Positions 16,792-24,000 of a DNA stretch of 24,000 nucleotides are shown in pieces; the first letter of the stretch is position 1; each line of letters opens with the position of its first letter. Made by a program: the position numbers and the translations under genes. The stretch comes from Clostridia bacterium (GTDB taxonomy: Bacteria; Bacillota; Clostridia; HGM11514): assembly GCA_045540615.1 (NCBI GenBank), contig JAZQHN010000039.1, positions 7,996-31,995 of the forward strand, given 5' to 3'. The notes below the pieces were generated by a model, which was given only the letters and a program-made list of their open reading frames with translations, was not told where the DNA came from and searched no databases.

Positions 16792-19602
16792 TTATACAAA
16801 ATACCACTGAGGGAACCAACATAGCCACTGTTGAACAAACCCCCATGGTACTTCTGCCCCGGAAAGAACGGGATAAAAGAGCACGAACAACACACATGCA
16901 CAGCCTATCGCTCCCCATACAATTCCCTTCTGTACCTTTGAAGAAGGTGTTCTCTTCTGATACCAATACAACAATGCCAGAATCAGGAAGGGAGTGCAAT
17001 TAAAATAATGATAAATAAATACGATTCTGGTTACAAAAACCCAAGGCAAAATCTGTGCAAGATAACTGCATCCGATGATCCATGCTTCTTTGGATTTTTC
17101 CCGAATGCCTGTAATCGCCATAGCAATAATGGCAATCAGACCGCCCCACCAAATCACAGGATTTCCAAAGGTGGCAATGGTACTAATCCCTCCCGTAACC
17201 GTTTCCTGACGATAAAATACCATGGGCTTTACCATAATCAGCCATTCATACCAGGGAGAAGAATAGCCATGCTCTGCATCCAACTTGCTGTGATAATCAT
17301 ACATATCAAACTGATTGTTCCATACCGTTTGCCAGCTTTGTCCTGCACACTTTGTCCAAGGGAGATAAGATAAAGCATAAATTACCACAGGCACCAGCAC
17401 AAAGAAAATCATACAAAAACCGCATCGCTTCCAAGCAATTTTTTTGAAATTTTCTTCCTTGCGGTTAAGAAACAAATCCACGAAGAAAAGTACCGCCAAA
17501 CCAGCTCCCGCGTAAATACAAGTCCATTTAGATGCAGCACCCAATCCAAAGAAACTTCCGCACAAACCCAAAGAACGGTAGCTATGGGTTTTTAAATAAT
17601 CTGCCATAAACAGGGTCATAAGCAAAATGAAAAAGAGAGCATAGGTATCTATGGTTGCAATTCTGGTTTGAGCAAAGTGCATAAAATCAAGGGCAAACAA
17701 TCCGCATCCCAAAATTGCTGTTTTACCTTTGGGAAATATCTTTTTGCAAAGAAGATAAAATATGGGAAGCATCAGACAACCAAATAAGGTTCCCATAAAC
17801 CGCCAGCCAAAGGGTGTCATTCCAAACAGAGAAATCCCTACGGAAATCAAAACCTTGCCCAGGGGAGGATGAGTGGTTTCATAAGGGCTCATGCCATGAA
17901 TAAATTCATATGCTGTTCTTGCGTGGTAAATTTCATCAAAATAGGTTCCATTTTTATAAGTAGGCTCGTAAACTGCCAACTCCTGCTCATCTGTGATCAG
18001 CTCCCAAACAGGTTCAGACGGAATCGGAATCTGTTTTCCTTCTTTATCAAACAATGCCAACTCACCGATACTTCCCGGCATATCCAGAACACGGATGAAT
18101 AAGTACCGTCCTGAGAGGTCAGTATCTGATTGATGCCAGCTAAAGCAATAAGGAGATTCAAATCGTGCAATCTGTTCTTGGGCTCCTGTCACCTCTTTAG
18201 AAAGATAAAATTCATAATTGGCATGGGAAATTCCTGTATATACCATCAAACGGGACAAATCATACTCTTCCCCTAAATCCATCCACATAACCGTTCCTTC
18301 CGAAACATTCCAAAAGCTTTGAGGTGCAGATTTGTCTCCTAAGTTTACAAACGCTGTCACCGAATAAACCAAAGTAATCAAAAGCACCAAAGGAAGCTCA
18401 CGATTTTTTTTCCACTTCTTCAATGATATATTCACATCCTTTTTTCCATATGTAACACGATATTGCAAAGCTCCCGCAAACAAGCTAAGAAGAGAAAATA
18501 TCATAATTGCAGGAAAAGCAATGGGTCGGTATCCGTTCAAAGCAGATGTTAATGCCAACCATACATTAATAAAATTGGCAAGAGAAATCAAACCATAGGC
18601 ACTAATCAATCCCTTTTCTTTTTTCTCACCTTCAGCAAATGCCGCCAACAGCAACAAAACAACAGGATACCAATACCGTTCATGCATCATGGGACCGAAT
18701 AAAAAGAGAGTGGTCATGGCAGCAGCTGCAGATAACCAGCAGCCTTTTTTCCAAAGAAAATAAGAAAGAAAGCCTAAAATCACTCCGACCCCAATCATAA
18801 CCTTTCCCCAAAAACCATAGGTAAAAAACAAGAATGGCTGGGATAACTCTGTCCAGTTTGCTCCTAAAAAACCATACAAATTAAAAGCATTGACAGTAGC
18901 ATAAGGATATCCGCCCGTCATAGTACCGAAGTATTTGTCCAAAATTATCGAATAATCTCCAAGACAAAAGGGGAAGGTCGCAATCAGAAAAATTAAAAGA
19001 CCTGTTCCCAAAGCTTTCAAATATTCCAAAACCGGCTTTTTTTTGTCAAAATAAAATGCAGCCATCATAGGAAAAAACAGAAGTGCCTGTGGTTTTATCA
19101 ACACCGAGATTGCCAGCATTGCAGCACTTTTAATACGATTTTCCCTCCACAATATTGCCAAAAGAAGAAACAAACACCAAACAGAATCAATCTGTGCCCA
19201 AACGGATGAATTAATCACCATTAGCGGATTGAATAAAAGAAGAGCAACCACCAAAATTTGTCGTTTTTCTCCACCCTTTTCCAATGCCATTTTTCCTAAT
19301 AAAAAAGCAATCAGCAAATCTGCTGCTATAGCAGGCAGTCGTAAAATAAGAAACGAAAGGGGTCGTACCCCTTCGAACAATTTCATTAACCAACTCAAAG
19401 GATACAACAAATAAAAATATCCCGGAGGATAGTCGCAAAAATCGGTTGCCTGATAAAAGCCCCAAGGTGCTGCCTCCCTTAAGGTCTCAGCCCAACTAAA
19501 AAAACATGCCTGGTCAGTAGGGTGTCCCCATTGCCCGAACAGTCCCAAAGCAACCCGAAGAAGCAAACCAATGATAAAAAGCCAAATTACCTTTTTTTTC
19601 AT
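16792..19602 (-). CDS. Dual GT-C glycosyltransferase fusion: N-terminal DUF2029/Gpi18-like-type module plus C-terminal GT39 (PMT-type) module (936 aa)
   Basis: Numbering here follows the 945-aa track ORF.
- Module 1 (aa ~10-400): DFCDYPPGYFYLLYP (19417..19443) in the first loop, many TM helices, MHERYWYP.
- Then a TM helix and a ~130-aa beta-rich insert.
- Module 2: YFDEIYHARTAYEF (17905..17946), then THPPLGKVLISVGISLFGMTPFGWRF, the hallmark of PMT/GT39 enzymes.
The start is set at ATG 19602 (MKKKVIW...), preceded by AGGAGG. ATGA overlap with the upstream gene. Confidence 0.8.
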   Translation of the reverse strand: MKKKVIWLFIIGLLLRVALGLFGQWGHPTDQACFFSWAETLREAAPWGFYQATDFCDYPPGYFYLLYPLSWLMKLFEGVRPLSFLILRLPAIAADLLIAFLLGKMALEKGGEKRQILVVALLLFNPLMVINSSVWAQIDSVWCLFLLLAILWRENRIKSAAMLAISVLIKPQALLFFPMMAAFYFDKKKPVLEYLKALGTGLLIFLIATFPFCLGDYSIILDKYFGTMTGGYPYATVNAFNLYGFLGANWTELSQPFLFFTYGFWGKVMIGVGVILGFLSYFLWKKGCWLSAAAAMTTLFLFGPMMHERYWYPVVLLLLAAFAEGEKKEKGLISAYGLISLANFINVWLALTSALNGYRPIAFPAIMIFSLLSLFAGALQYRVTYGKKDVNISLKKWKKNRELPLVLLITLVYSVTAFVNLGDKSAPQSFWNVSEGTVMWMDLGEEYDLSRLMVYTGISHANYEFYLSKEVTGAQEQIARFESPYCFSWHQSDTDLSGRYLFIRVLDMPGSIGELALFDKEGKQIPIPSEPVWELITDEQELAVYEPTYKNGTYFDEIYHARTAYEFIHGMSPYETTHPPLGKVLISVGISLFGMTPFGWRFMGTLFGCLMLPIFYLLCKKIFPKGKTAILGCGLFALDFMHFAQTRIATIDTYALFFILLMTLFMADYLKTHSYRSLGLCGSFFGLGAASKWTCIYAGAGLAVLFFVDLFLNRKEENFKKIAWKRCGFCMIFFVLVPVVIYALSYLPWTKCAGQSWQTVWNNQFDMYDYHSKLDAEHGYSSPWYEWLIMVKPMVFYRQETVTGGISTIATFGNPVIWWGGLIAIIAMAITGIREKSKEAWIIGCSYLAQILPWVFVTRIVFIYHYFNCTPFLILALLYWYQKRTPSSKVQKGIVWGAIGCACVLFVLFYPVLSGAEVPWGFVQQWLCWFPQWYFV

Positions 19603-20123
19603 ATTGCTTCCTCCTTTTCTTTCACACAAGTAATCACACTGTAATGACCATCACACAGAAAACGAATTTCTCCGAACCCTGATTTTGTTAAAGAATGTTT
19701 GATCAAATCGGTATACAGATTGGTCTGAGGCTGTGCAAGAAAGATCAGCTTGCCCCCCTCTTTCACCAAACGGTATGCATCACCTAACAATTGCTCCAAA
19801 TCCTCTGTCAATAAGGTTTCAGGACAAAAAACTCCAATATCAAATACTCTGTCCTGAATCTGAGACAAGACACCTTCAAAGGAAATCATATGTTTCCCTG
19901 TTACTGCCAATTTTTTCTGTTCTTTGGTTTCTGCTTGGGCAACCGCCAACAACCGGGATGGCTTTTCCTCCAGTAATGCTTTCAGCATGGAAATAGGTGC
20001 CTCGTAGCAAATGATTTTCTTTCCCGGCTCCTCTGCAAATAATTTTGCCAACTGCACAGTTTTTTTATCCTTTGAAAGCTTTCCGGAAACAAATTCCGTC
20101 AGCACTTTTTGAAAATAGTTCAT
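19599..20123 (-). CDS. Class I methyltransferase-fold protein with degenerate SAM-binding motif I
   Basis: 174 aa from ATG 20123 (MNYFQKVL...), preceded by GGAAAGGAAG. FDIGVFCPETLL....LLGDAYRLVKEGGKLIF matches the post-motif II/III region of Rossmann-fold methyltransferases. The expected motif-I position reads KKIICYEAP, with no G.G.G. The promoter mapped at 20188-20217 lies inside the longer track ORF, which supports the shorter start. Confidence 0.6.
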   Translation of the reverse strand: MNYFQKVLTEFVSGKLSKDKKTVQLAKLFAEEPGKKIICYEAPISMLKALLEEKPSRLLAVAQAETKEQKKLAVTGKHMISFEGVLSQIQDRVFDIGVFCPETLLTEDLEQLLGDAYRLVKEGGKLIFLAQPQTNLYTDLIKHSLTKSGFGEIRFLCDGHYSVITCVKEKEEAI

Positions 20124-20187
20124 TATTACTTCTTCCTTTCCCATCATTTTACGAACTAACATCCCGAAAAGACATATTGTTGCATTC

Positions 20188-20217
20188 ATTATATCATATA
20201 CTCCGTCTCCTTTTCAA
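20188..20217 (-). promoter_or_regulatory. Sigma-A type promoter of the MTase-fold / dual-GT-C operon
   Basis: Minus strand reads TTGAAA (20217..20212), an 18-nt spacer, then TGA-TATAAT (extended -10; TATAAT at 20193..20188). Confidence 0.7.
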
Positions 20218-20266
20218 GCATATTTTACAAATTCGGGGAAAAAATAGGAGACGAGGTGATTTTATA

Positions 20267-20902
20267 ATGTTTACATCCTTTTTCCGAACCATTATATTAT
20301 ATTTCTTACTTGTTATTTTCATGCGGTTGATGGGCAAAAGACAAATCGGAGAACTGCAGCTTACCGAGCTTGTAGTCACCCTTTTAATTTCCGACCTTGC
20401 TTCTATCCCTATGCAAACCACTTCCCTTCCTCTTTTTTCCGGTCTGATTCCCATTCTCACTTTGCTGGTGCTGGAAATTACCATGTCTTATTTAACTTTA
20501 AAATGTCCTCGCTTTCATCGATTGCTTTCCGGTTCCTCTCAAATATTAATTGATCATGGCAAAATCGACCGAAAAATGCTGGGCAAACTGCGTTTTACAT
20601 TAGAAGACCTGATTGAAGAGCTTCGGTTACAGCAAATCGAACGAATTGAAGAGGTAGAGTTCGCAATTTTAGAAACCAACGGACAATTAAGTGTATTTCC
20701 AAAATCGAGTACAAAAACTTTGCCATGGCCTGTGATTCTGGACGGATATGCAGACAAAAAAGCAATGAAGCAAATAGGAATCACGGAAGAATGGATGCTG
20801 AAATATCTGAAACGGCAGGGAATTTCATCCCCAAAACAGGTGTTTTTATTAAATGTGGACGACCAAAAAAATTGTTATTTGGTGAGAAAGGAGGACGTAT
20901 GA
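20267..20902 (+). CDS. DUF421 (YetF-like) membrane protein
   Basis: From ATG 20267 (MFTSFFRTIILYF...), preceded by GAGGTGAT. MRLMGKRQIGELQLTELVVTLLISDLAS and the C-terminal LEDLIEELRLQQIERIEEVEFAILETNGQLSVFPK are typical of DUF421. The track's 74-codon extension runs antisense through the neighbouring gene. Confidence 0.85.
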   Translation: MFTSFFRTIILYFLLVIFMRLMGKRQIGELQLTELVVTLLISDLASIPMQTTSLPLFSGLIPILTLLVLEITMSYLTLKCPRFHRLLSGSSQILIDHGKIDRKMLGKLRFTLEDLIEELRLQQIERIEEVEFAILETNGQLSVFPKSSTKTLPWPVILDGYADKKAMKQIGITEEWMLKYLKRQGISSPKQVFLLNVDDQKNCYLVRKEDV

Positions 20903-21279
20903 ACCGATATTGGTATGGTTTGGCAGGATTGGCCGTATTAGCTGTTATGATTTTAGGTAGTGCCGATTATATCTGTCATATTTCTCAGCAAATGGAAACA
21001 CTGGTTGATCAAGCAGAACAAGAGTTGGAGACGGGAAACAAAGATGAGGCAGAATTTTTTCTTTTGACAGGACAAGAATTGTGGAACAAAGAACTAAACC
21101 GCCTAGAAACCATTCTGGACCATGAAGCAATCGAACGGGTTTCCCTTTCTCTTTCCGAGGCAGTAGCTTTTTTAAAGTATGAAAAGGATGCTCATTGCGC
21201 AGCTGCCTGTCATCGCCTTCTTCAATCTCTCCGTGCCCTTCGGGACGGTCAGAAGCCCCATTTGTACAATTTATTTTAA
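20899..21279 (+). CDS. DUF4363-like small membrane-anchored protein
   Basis: 126 aa from ATG 20899 (MNRYWYGLAGLAVLAVMILG...), preceded by AAAGGAGG. ATGA overlap with the DUF421 stop. One N-terminal TM helix plus a helical domain. The DUF421/DUF4363 pairing is a recurrent Firmicutes arrangement. Confidence 0.7.
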   Translation: MNRYWYGLAGLAVLAVMILGSADYICHISQQMETLVDQAEQELETGNKDEAEFFLLTGQELWNKELNRLETILDHEAIERVSLSLSEAVAFLKYEKDAHCAAACHRLLQSLRALRDGQKPHLYNLF

Positions 21280-21326
21280 ATTTCTTCTTTTCTGCAATAG
21301 AAGGTTTAATTCTCCCCGAAAATTCC

Positions 21327-21355
21327 TTGACTTTTTCAGAAAAATATGCTATAAT
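21327..21355 (+). promoter_or_regulatory. Sigma-A type promoter of pyrC-pyrK-pyrD
   Basis: TTGACT (21327..21332), a 17-nt spacer, then TGC-TATAAT (extended -10; TATAAT at 21350..21355). This predicts a leader of only ~28 nt before ATG 21390. Confidence 0.75.
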
Positions 21356-21389
21356 TTTATCAATAAGAGAAAGGGTAAGGAATATTTTT

Positions 21390-22652
21390 ATGAAGTATGT
21401 TTTATCAGGTGCAACCATATATCTGGATCACCAATTCCGCAAAGCTGACCTGTTGATTGAAGAGGGTCAAATTGTTGGAATTGCTTCTTCATTTTCCGAA
21501 ACAGCACAAGTGTTTCATTTTGAGGGCTGTATGATTTTTCCCGGTTTTGTTGATGTTCATGTTCATCTTCGAGAACCGGGTTTTTTGTATAAAGAAACAA
21601 TTGCCACAGGAACAAAAGCTGCCGCACGGGGAGGTTACACGCACATTTGCTCCATGCCCAATTTATCTCCTGTGCCCGACTGTAAAAATCATTTGGACGA
21701 ACAATTAACCGCAATCAAAAAAGATGCTCTCATTTCCGTTTCTCCTTACGGCTCCCTCACAGTGGAGCAACAGGGAGAATGTATTTCTGCCATGGAGGAA
21801 ATGGCACCCTTCGTAGTTGGTTTTTCGGATGACGGTAAAGGAGTTCAATCTCCCGATTTAATGAGAGAATGTATGAAAAAAGCCAACTCCCTGGAAAAGA
21901 TTGTGGTGGCTCATTGCGAAGATAATTCCCTGCTCAAGGGTGGTTATATTCACGATGGGGAATATGCAAAACAACACGGTCACAAAGGAATCTGCTCCGA
22001 AAGCGAATGGGGTCCCATTGCACGGGATTTGGAATTGGTAAAAGAAACCGGATGTTCTTATCACATTTGCCATGTTTCTGCAAAAGAAAGTGTAGCATTA
22101 ATTCGAAAAGCAAGAAAAGAGGGACTGGATGTAACAGCGGAAACAGGACCCCACTATCTGGTGCTGGATGATTCTCAATTGCAGGAAGAGGGTCGGTTTA
22201 AAATGAACCCGCCCATTCGGGGAAAAGAGGATCGGGAAGCCTTAATTGAAGGCATCAAAGACGGCACTATTTCCATGATTGCCACTGACCATGCTCCCCA
22301 TTCTGCAGAAGAAAAGAGCAAAGGTTTAGAAAAAAGCATGATGGGAGTTGTGGGATTGGAAACGGCTTTTCCCGTGCTTTACACCTATTTGGTTAAGGAA
22401 GGGATTCTCTCCTTGGAAGAGTTAATTCAATTGATGCATGACCACCCATCCAAGCGGTTTGGCATTGGCAATGAAATTGCCATCGGAAAGCCTGCCAACC
22501 TGACAGTTTTTGATTTAAATAAACAATACACCGTTACGCCTTCGGATTTTGTTTCCAAAGGAAAAAGCACTCCCTTTGAAGGAATGAAAGTATTTGGAGA
22601 GTGCCGTATGACGATTTATAACGGTAATATTGTATGGAAGGAAGACAAATGA
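21390..22652 (+). CDS. pyrC: Dihydroorotase
   Basis: 420 aa from ATG 21390 (MKYVLSGATIYL...). Contains FVDVHVHLREPG and IATDHAPH metal-ligand motifs typical of class I dihydroorotase. Followed by pyrK and pyrD. Confidence 0.95.
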   Translation: MKYVLSGATIYLDHQFRKADLLIEEGQIVGIASSFSETAQVFHFEGCMIFPGFVDVHVHLREPGFLYKETIATGTKAAARGGYTHICSMPNLSPVPDCKNHLDEQLTAIKKDALISVSPYGSLTVEQQGECISAMEEMAPFVVGFSDDGKGVQSPDLMRECMKKANSLEKIVVAHCEDNSLLKGGYIHDGEYAKQHGHKGICSESEWGPIARDLELVKETGCSYHICHVSAKESVALIRKARKEGLDVTAETGPHYLVLDDSQLQEEGRFKMNPPIRGKEDREALIEGIKDGTISMIATDHAPHSAEEKSKGLEKSMMGVVGLETAFPVLYTYLVKEGILSLEELIQLMHDHPSKRFGIGNEIAIGKPANLTVFDLNKQYTVTPSDFVSKGKSTPFEGMKVFGECRMTIYNGNIVWKEDK

Positions 22653-23380
22653 TGAAACAGGGAATTTATATCATTAATGAAAATAAAAAAATTGCCCGTG
22701 ATGTTTATAAAATGGTACTGAAGGGGGACACCTCTCCCATTACAGCTCCCGGACAATTTATCAATATTAAATTAGAAGGTCACTTTCTTCGCCGTCCCAT
22801 TTCCATTTGTGATTACAACGATTCAGAACTTGTAATTATTTATAAGGTTGTAGGAAAGGGCACAGAGCAGATGAGTCAAATGGCTTTGGGACAAACCTTA
22901 GACTGCCTGGTTTCTCTGGGAAACGGTTTTTCCGTGAAAAAGGGTGGTTTCTCTCCCTTATTGGTAGGAGGCGGTGTAGGAGTTCCCCCGCTGTATAAAC
23001 TGGCAAAAGAGCTGATTCAGGCAGGTGCAAAACCCACCGCGATTCTTGGCTTTGCATCAGCTGAGGATGTATTTTATGAAAAGGAACTGGAAGCTTTGGG
23101 CGTTACGGTAAAAATTGCTACCGCAGACGGAAGCTATGGAGTGAAAGGCTTTGTAACAGATGTTCCCATGGACGGATTTTCTTACTGTTATGCCTGCGGT
23201 CCTATCCCCATGTTAAAAGCCGTGTCTGACCATACGGATTGTTCGGGTCAGTTCAGCTTTGAGGAACGGATGGGTTGCGGATTTGGTGCTTGCATGGGTT
23301 GCAGTTGTAAAACAAAATACGGAAACAAACGGATTTGCAAAGACGGACCAGTTTTGGAAAAGGAGGAAATTATATGGTAA
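22649..23380 (+). CDS. pyrK: Dihydroorotate dehydrogenase B electron-transfer subunit
   Basis: Ferredoxin-reductase-like (RRPISI, GGGVGVPP) with the C-terminal 2Fe-2S cysteine cluster CGFGACMGCSC...C. ATG 22649 overlaps the pyrC TGA (ATGA) and follows GGAAGGAAG. The ATG at 22652 is an equally possible start. Confidence 0.92.
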   Translation: MMKQGIYIINENKKIARDVYKMVLKGDTSPITAPGQFINIKLEGHFLRRPISICDYNDSELVIIYKVVGKGTEQMSQMALGQTLDCLVSLGNGFSVKKGGFSPLLVGGGVGVPPLYKLAKELIQAGAKPTAILGFASAEDVFYEKELEALGVTVKIATADGSYGVKGFVTDVPMDGFSYCYACGPIPMLKAVSDHTDCSGQFSFEERMGCGFGACMGCSCKTKYGNKRICKDGPVLEKEEIIW

Positions 23381-24000
23381 CGAAAGTGGATTTGTGCGGT
23401 ATTTCTCTAGATAATCCCGTGATTCCTGCCTCCGGCACCTTCGGATTCGGATATGAATTTGCAGAACTTTATGATATCAACGTGCTGGGAACCTTTTCGT
23501 TCAAAGGAACCACCCGGGAAGCACGATTTGGAAATCCCACTCCCAGAATTGCAGAATGTCCCTCAGGGATGATTAATGCAGTAGGACTTCAAAATCCCGG
23601 GATTGACAAGGTCATCAGTGAAGAATTACCCAAATTAAAGCAATGCTTCCATAAGCCCGTTATGGCAAACATCAGCGGTTTTTCCATTGATGAATATCAG
23701 GAATGCTGCGAAAAAATTGATAAAGAAGAACAAGTGGGCTGGATTGAAGTCAATGTCAGCTGTCCTAACGTAAAGCATGGCGGAATGAGCTTTGGAACGG
23801 ATCCAGCCGCTGCTGCTGCTGTGACAAAAGCGGTAAAGGAAGTCACCAAAAAACCGGTGTTTATCAAGCTGACCCCTAACGTAACAGATATTGTATCCAT
23901 TGCCAAGGCTTGCGAAGAAGCAGGTGCAGACGGCATCAGTATGATTAACACAATGTTAGGGATGCGGATTGATTTAAAACGAAAAAAACCTGTGATTGCC
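23374..24000 (+). CDS. pyrD: Dihydroorotate dehydrogenase B catalytic subunit (5' 209 codons; runs off the right edge)
   Basis: Not in the ORF track. Hand translation from ATG 23374 (AGGAGG 7 nt upstream) gives MVTKVDLCGISLDNPVIPASGTFGFGYEF...NAVGLQNPGID...IEVNVSCPNVKHGG...FIKLTPNVTDI...INTMLGMRIDL, open to position 24000. This is the class 1B PyrD pattern. It overlaps the pyrK stop by 7 nt. Confidence 0.93.
   Translation, partial: MVTKVDLCGISLDNPVIPASGTFGFGYEFAELYDINVLGTFSFKGTTREARFGNPTPRIAECPSGMINAVGLQNPGIDKVISEELPKLKQCFHKPVMANISGFSIDEYQECCEKIDKEEQVGWIEVNVSCPNVKHGGMSFGTDPAAAAAVTKAVKEVTKKPVFIKLTPNVTDIVSIAKACEEAGADGISMINTMLGMRIDLKRKKPVIA

Noticed and set aside
18404-19599. Three A8 tracts on the coding strand of the dual GT-C gene (19592-19599 right after the start codon, 19037-19044, 18404-18411), considered as slipped-strand phase-variation sites
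   Set aside because: They encode Lys runs in an AT-rich genome. Tracts of 8 are short for efficient slippage and are roughly what base composition would give over 24 kb. There is no supporting evidence of variable length.
20124-20189. 22-codon extension of the methyltransferase-fold ORF
   Set aside because: The -10 element of the best promoter (20188-20193) lies inside it. ATG 20123 has a GGAAAGGAAG SD.
20045-20266. 74-codon extension of the DUF421 ORF; also the similar extensions of the DUF4363 (20725-20898) and pyrC (21195-21389) ORFs
   Set aside because: The extensions run through neighbouring genes or the mapped promoters. The internal ATGs have strong SDs and give family-typical N-termini.
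21280-21389. Possible PyrR-binding attenuator upstream of pyrC
   Set aside because: The promoter at 21327-21355 leaves only ~28 nt of leader. I saw no terminator/antiterminator hairpin pair and no PyrR-box-like loop.
20945-21418. 157-aa minus-strand ORF antisense to the DUF4363 gene and the pyrC promoter
   Set aside because: It has no SD and no recognisable features. It overlaps a well-supported gene and promoter on the other strand.
1-24000. Search by eye for CRISPR repeats, tRNA/rRNA, transposase or integrase genes, long direct or inverted repeats, and toxin-antitoxin or classic defence genes
   Set aside because: I found none. Apart from the protein-level paralogy of the array, I saw no nucleotide-level repeats. 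A computational repeat and ncRNA scan would be needed to exclude short or degenerate elements.

Overview
This is a Firmicutes/Clostridia-style chromosomal window, moderately AT-rich and almost fully coding. I saw no rRNA, tRNA, CRISPR array, transposase or integrase. All calls come from reading the sequence and ORF translations; no database or structure searches were run, so family names are motif- and architecture-level recognition only.

Layout:
- 1-7529 (minus): at least four tandem paralogous genes of 777-814 aa. The fourth is cut by the left window edge, is absent from the ORF track, and was translated by hand. Each encodes a polytopic membrane protein with a GT-C-glycosyltransferase-like signature and a ~360-aa C-terminal non-membrane region. 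Every junction is an ATGA stop/start overlap with a Shine-Dalgarno (SD) site inside the preceding gene.
- The array sits 3 nt downstream of a conserved housekeeping block: rpsO, pnp and an M16 peptidase.
- 11.7-16.7 kb: a small secreted protein with an Ada-like Zn motif; an XRE regulator; a 3-gene operon (secreted stalk-domain protein, 4-TM protein, HPr-kinase-like P-loop protein); a sugar-phosphate isomerase; a DUF4380-like protein; and hpf.
- 16.8-20.2 kb: a 2-gene operon encoding a methyltransferase-fold protein with a degenerate SAM motif, ATGA-coupled to a 936-aa protein that fuses two GT-C modules. The second module is clearly GT39/PMT type.
- 20.3-24 kb (plus): a DUF421-DUF4363 pair, then pyrC-pyrK-pyrD (pyrD partial, translated by hand).

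The best candidate for something undescribed is the coupled GT-C-like paralog array. With the dual-GT-C fusion, the window holds six GT-C-type modules in ~20 kb, with no donor-synthesis or flippase genes in view.
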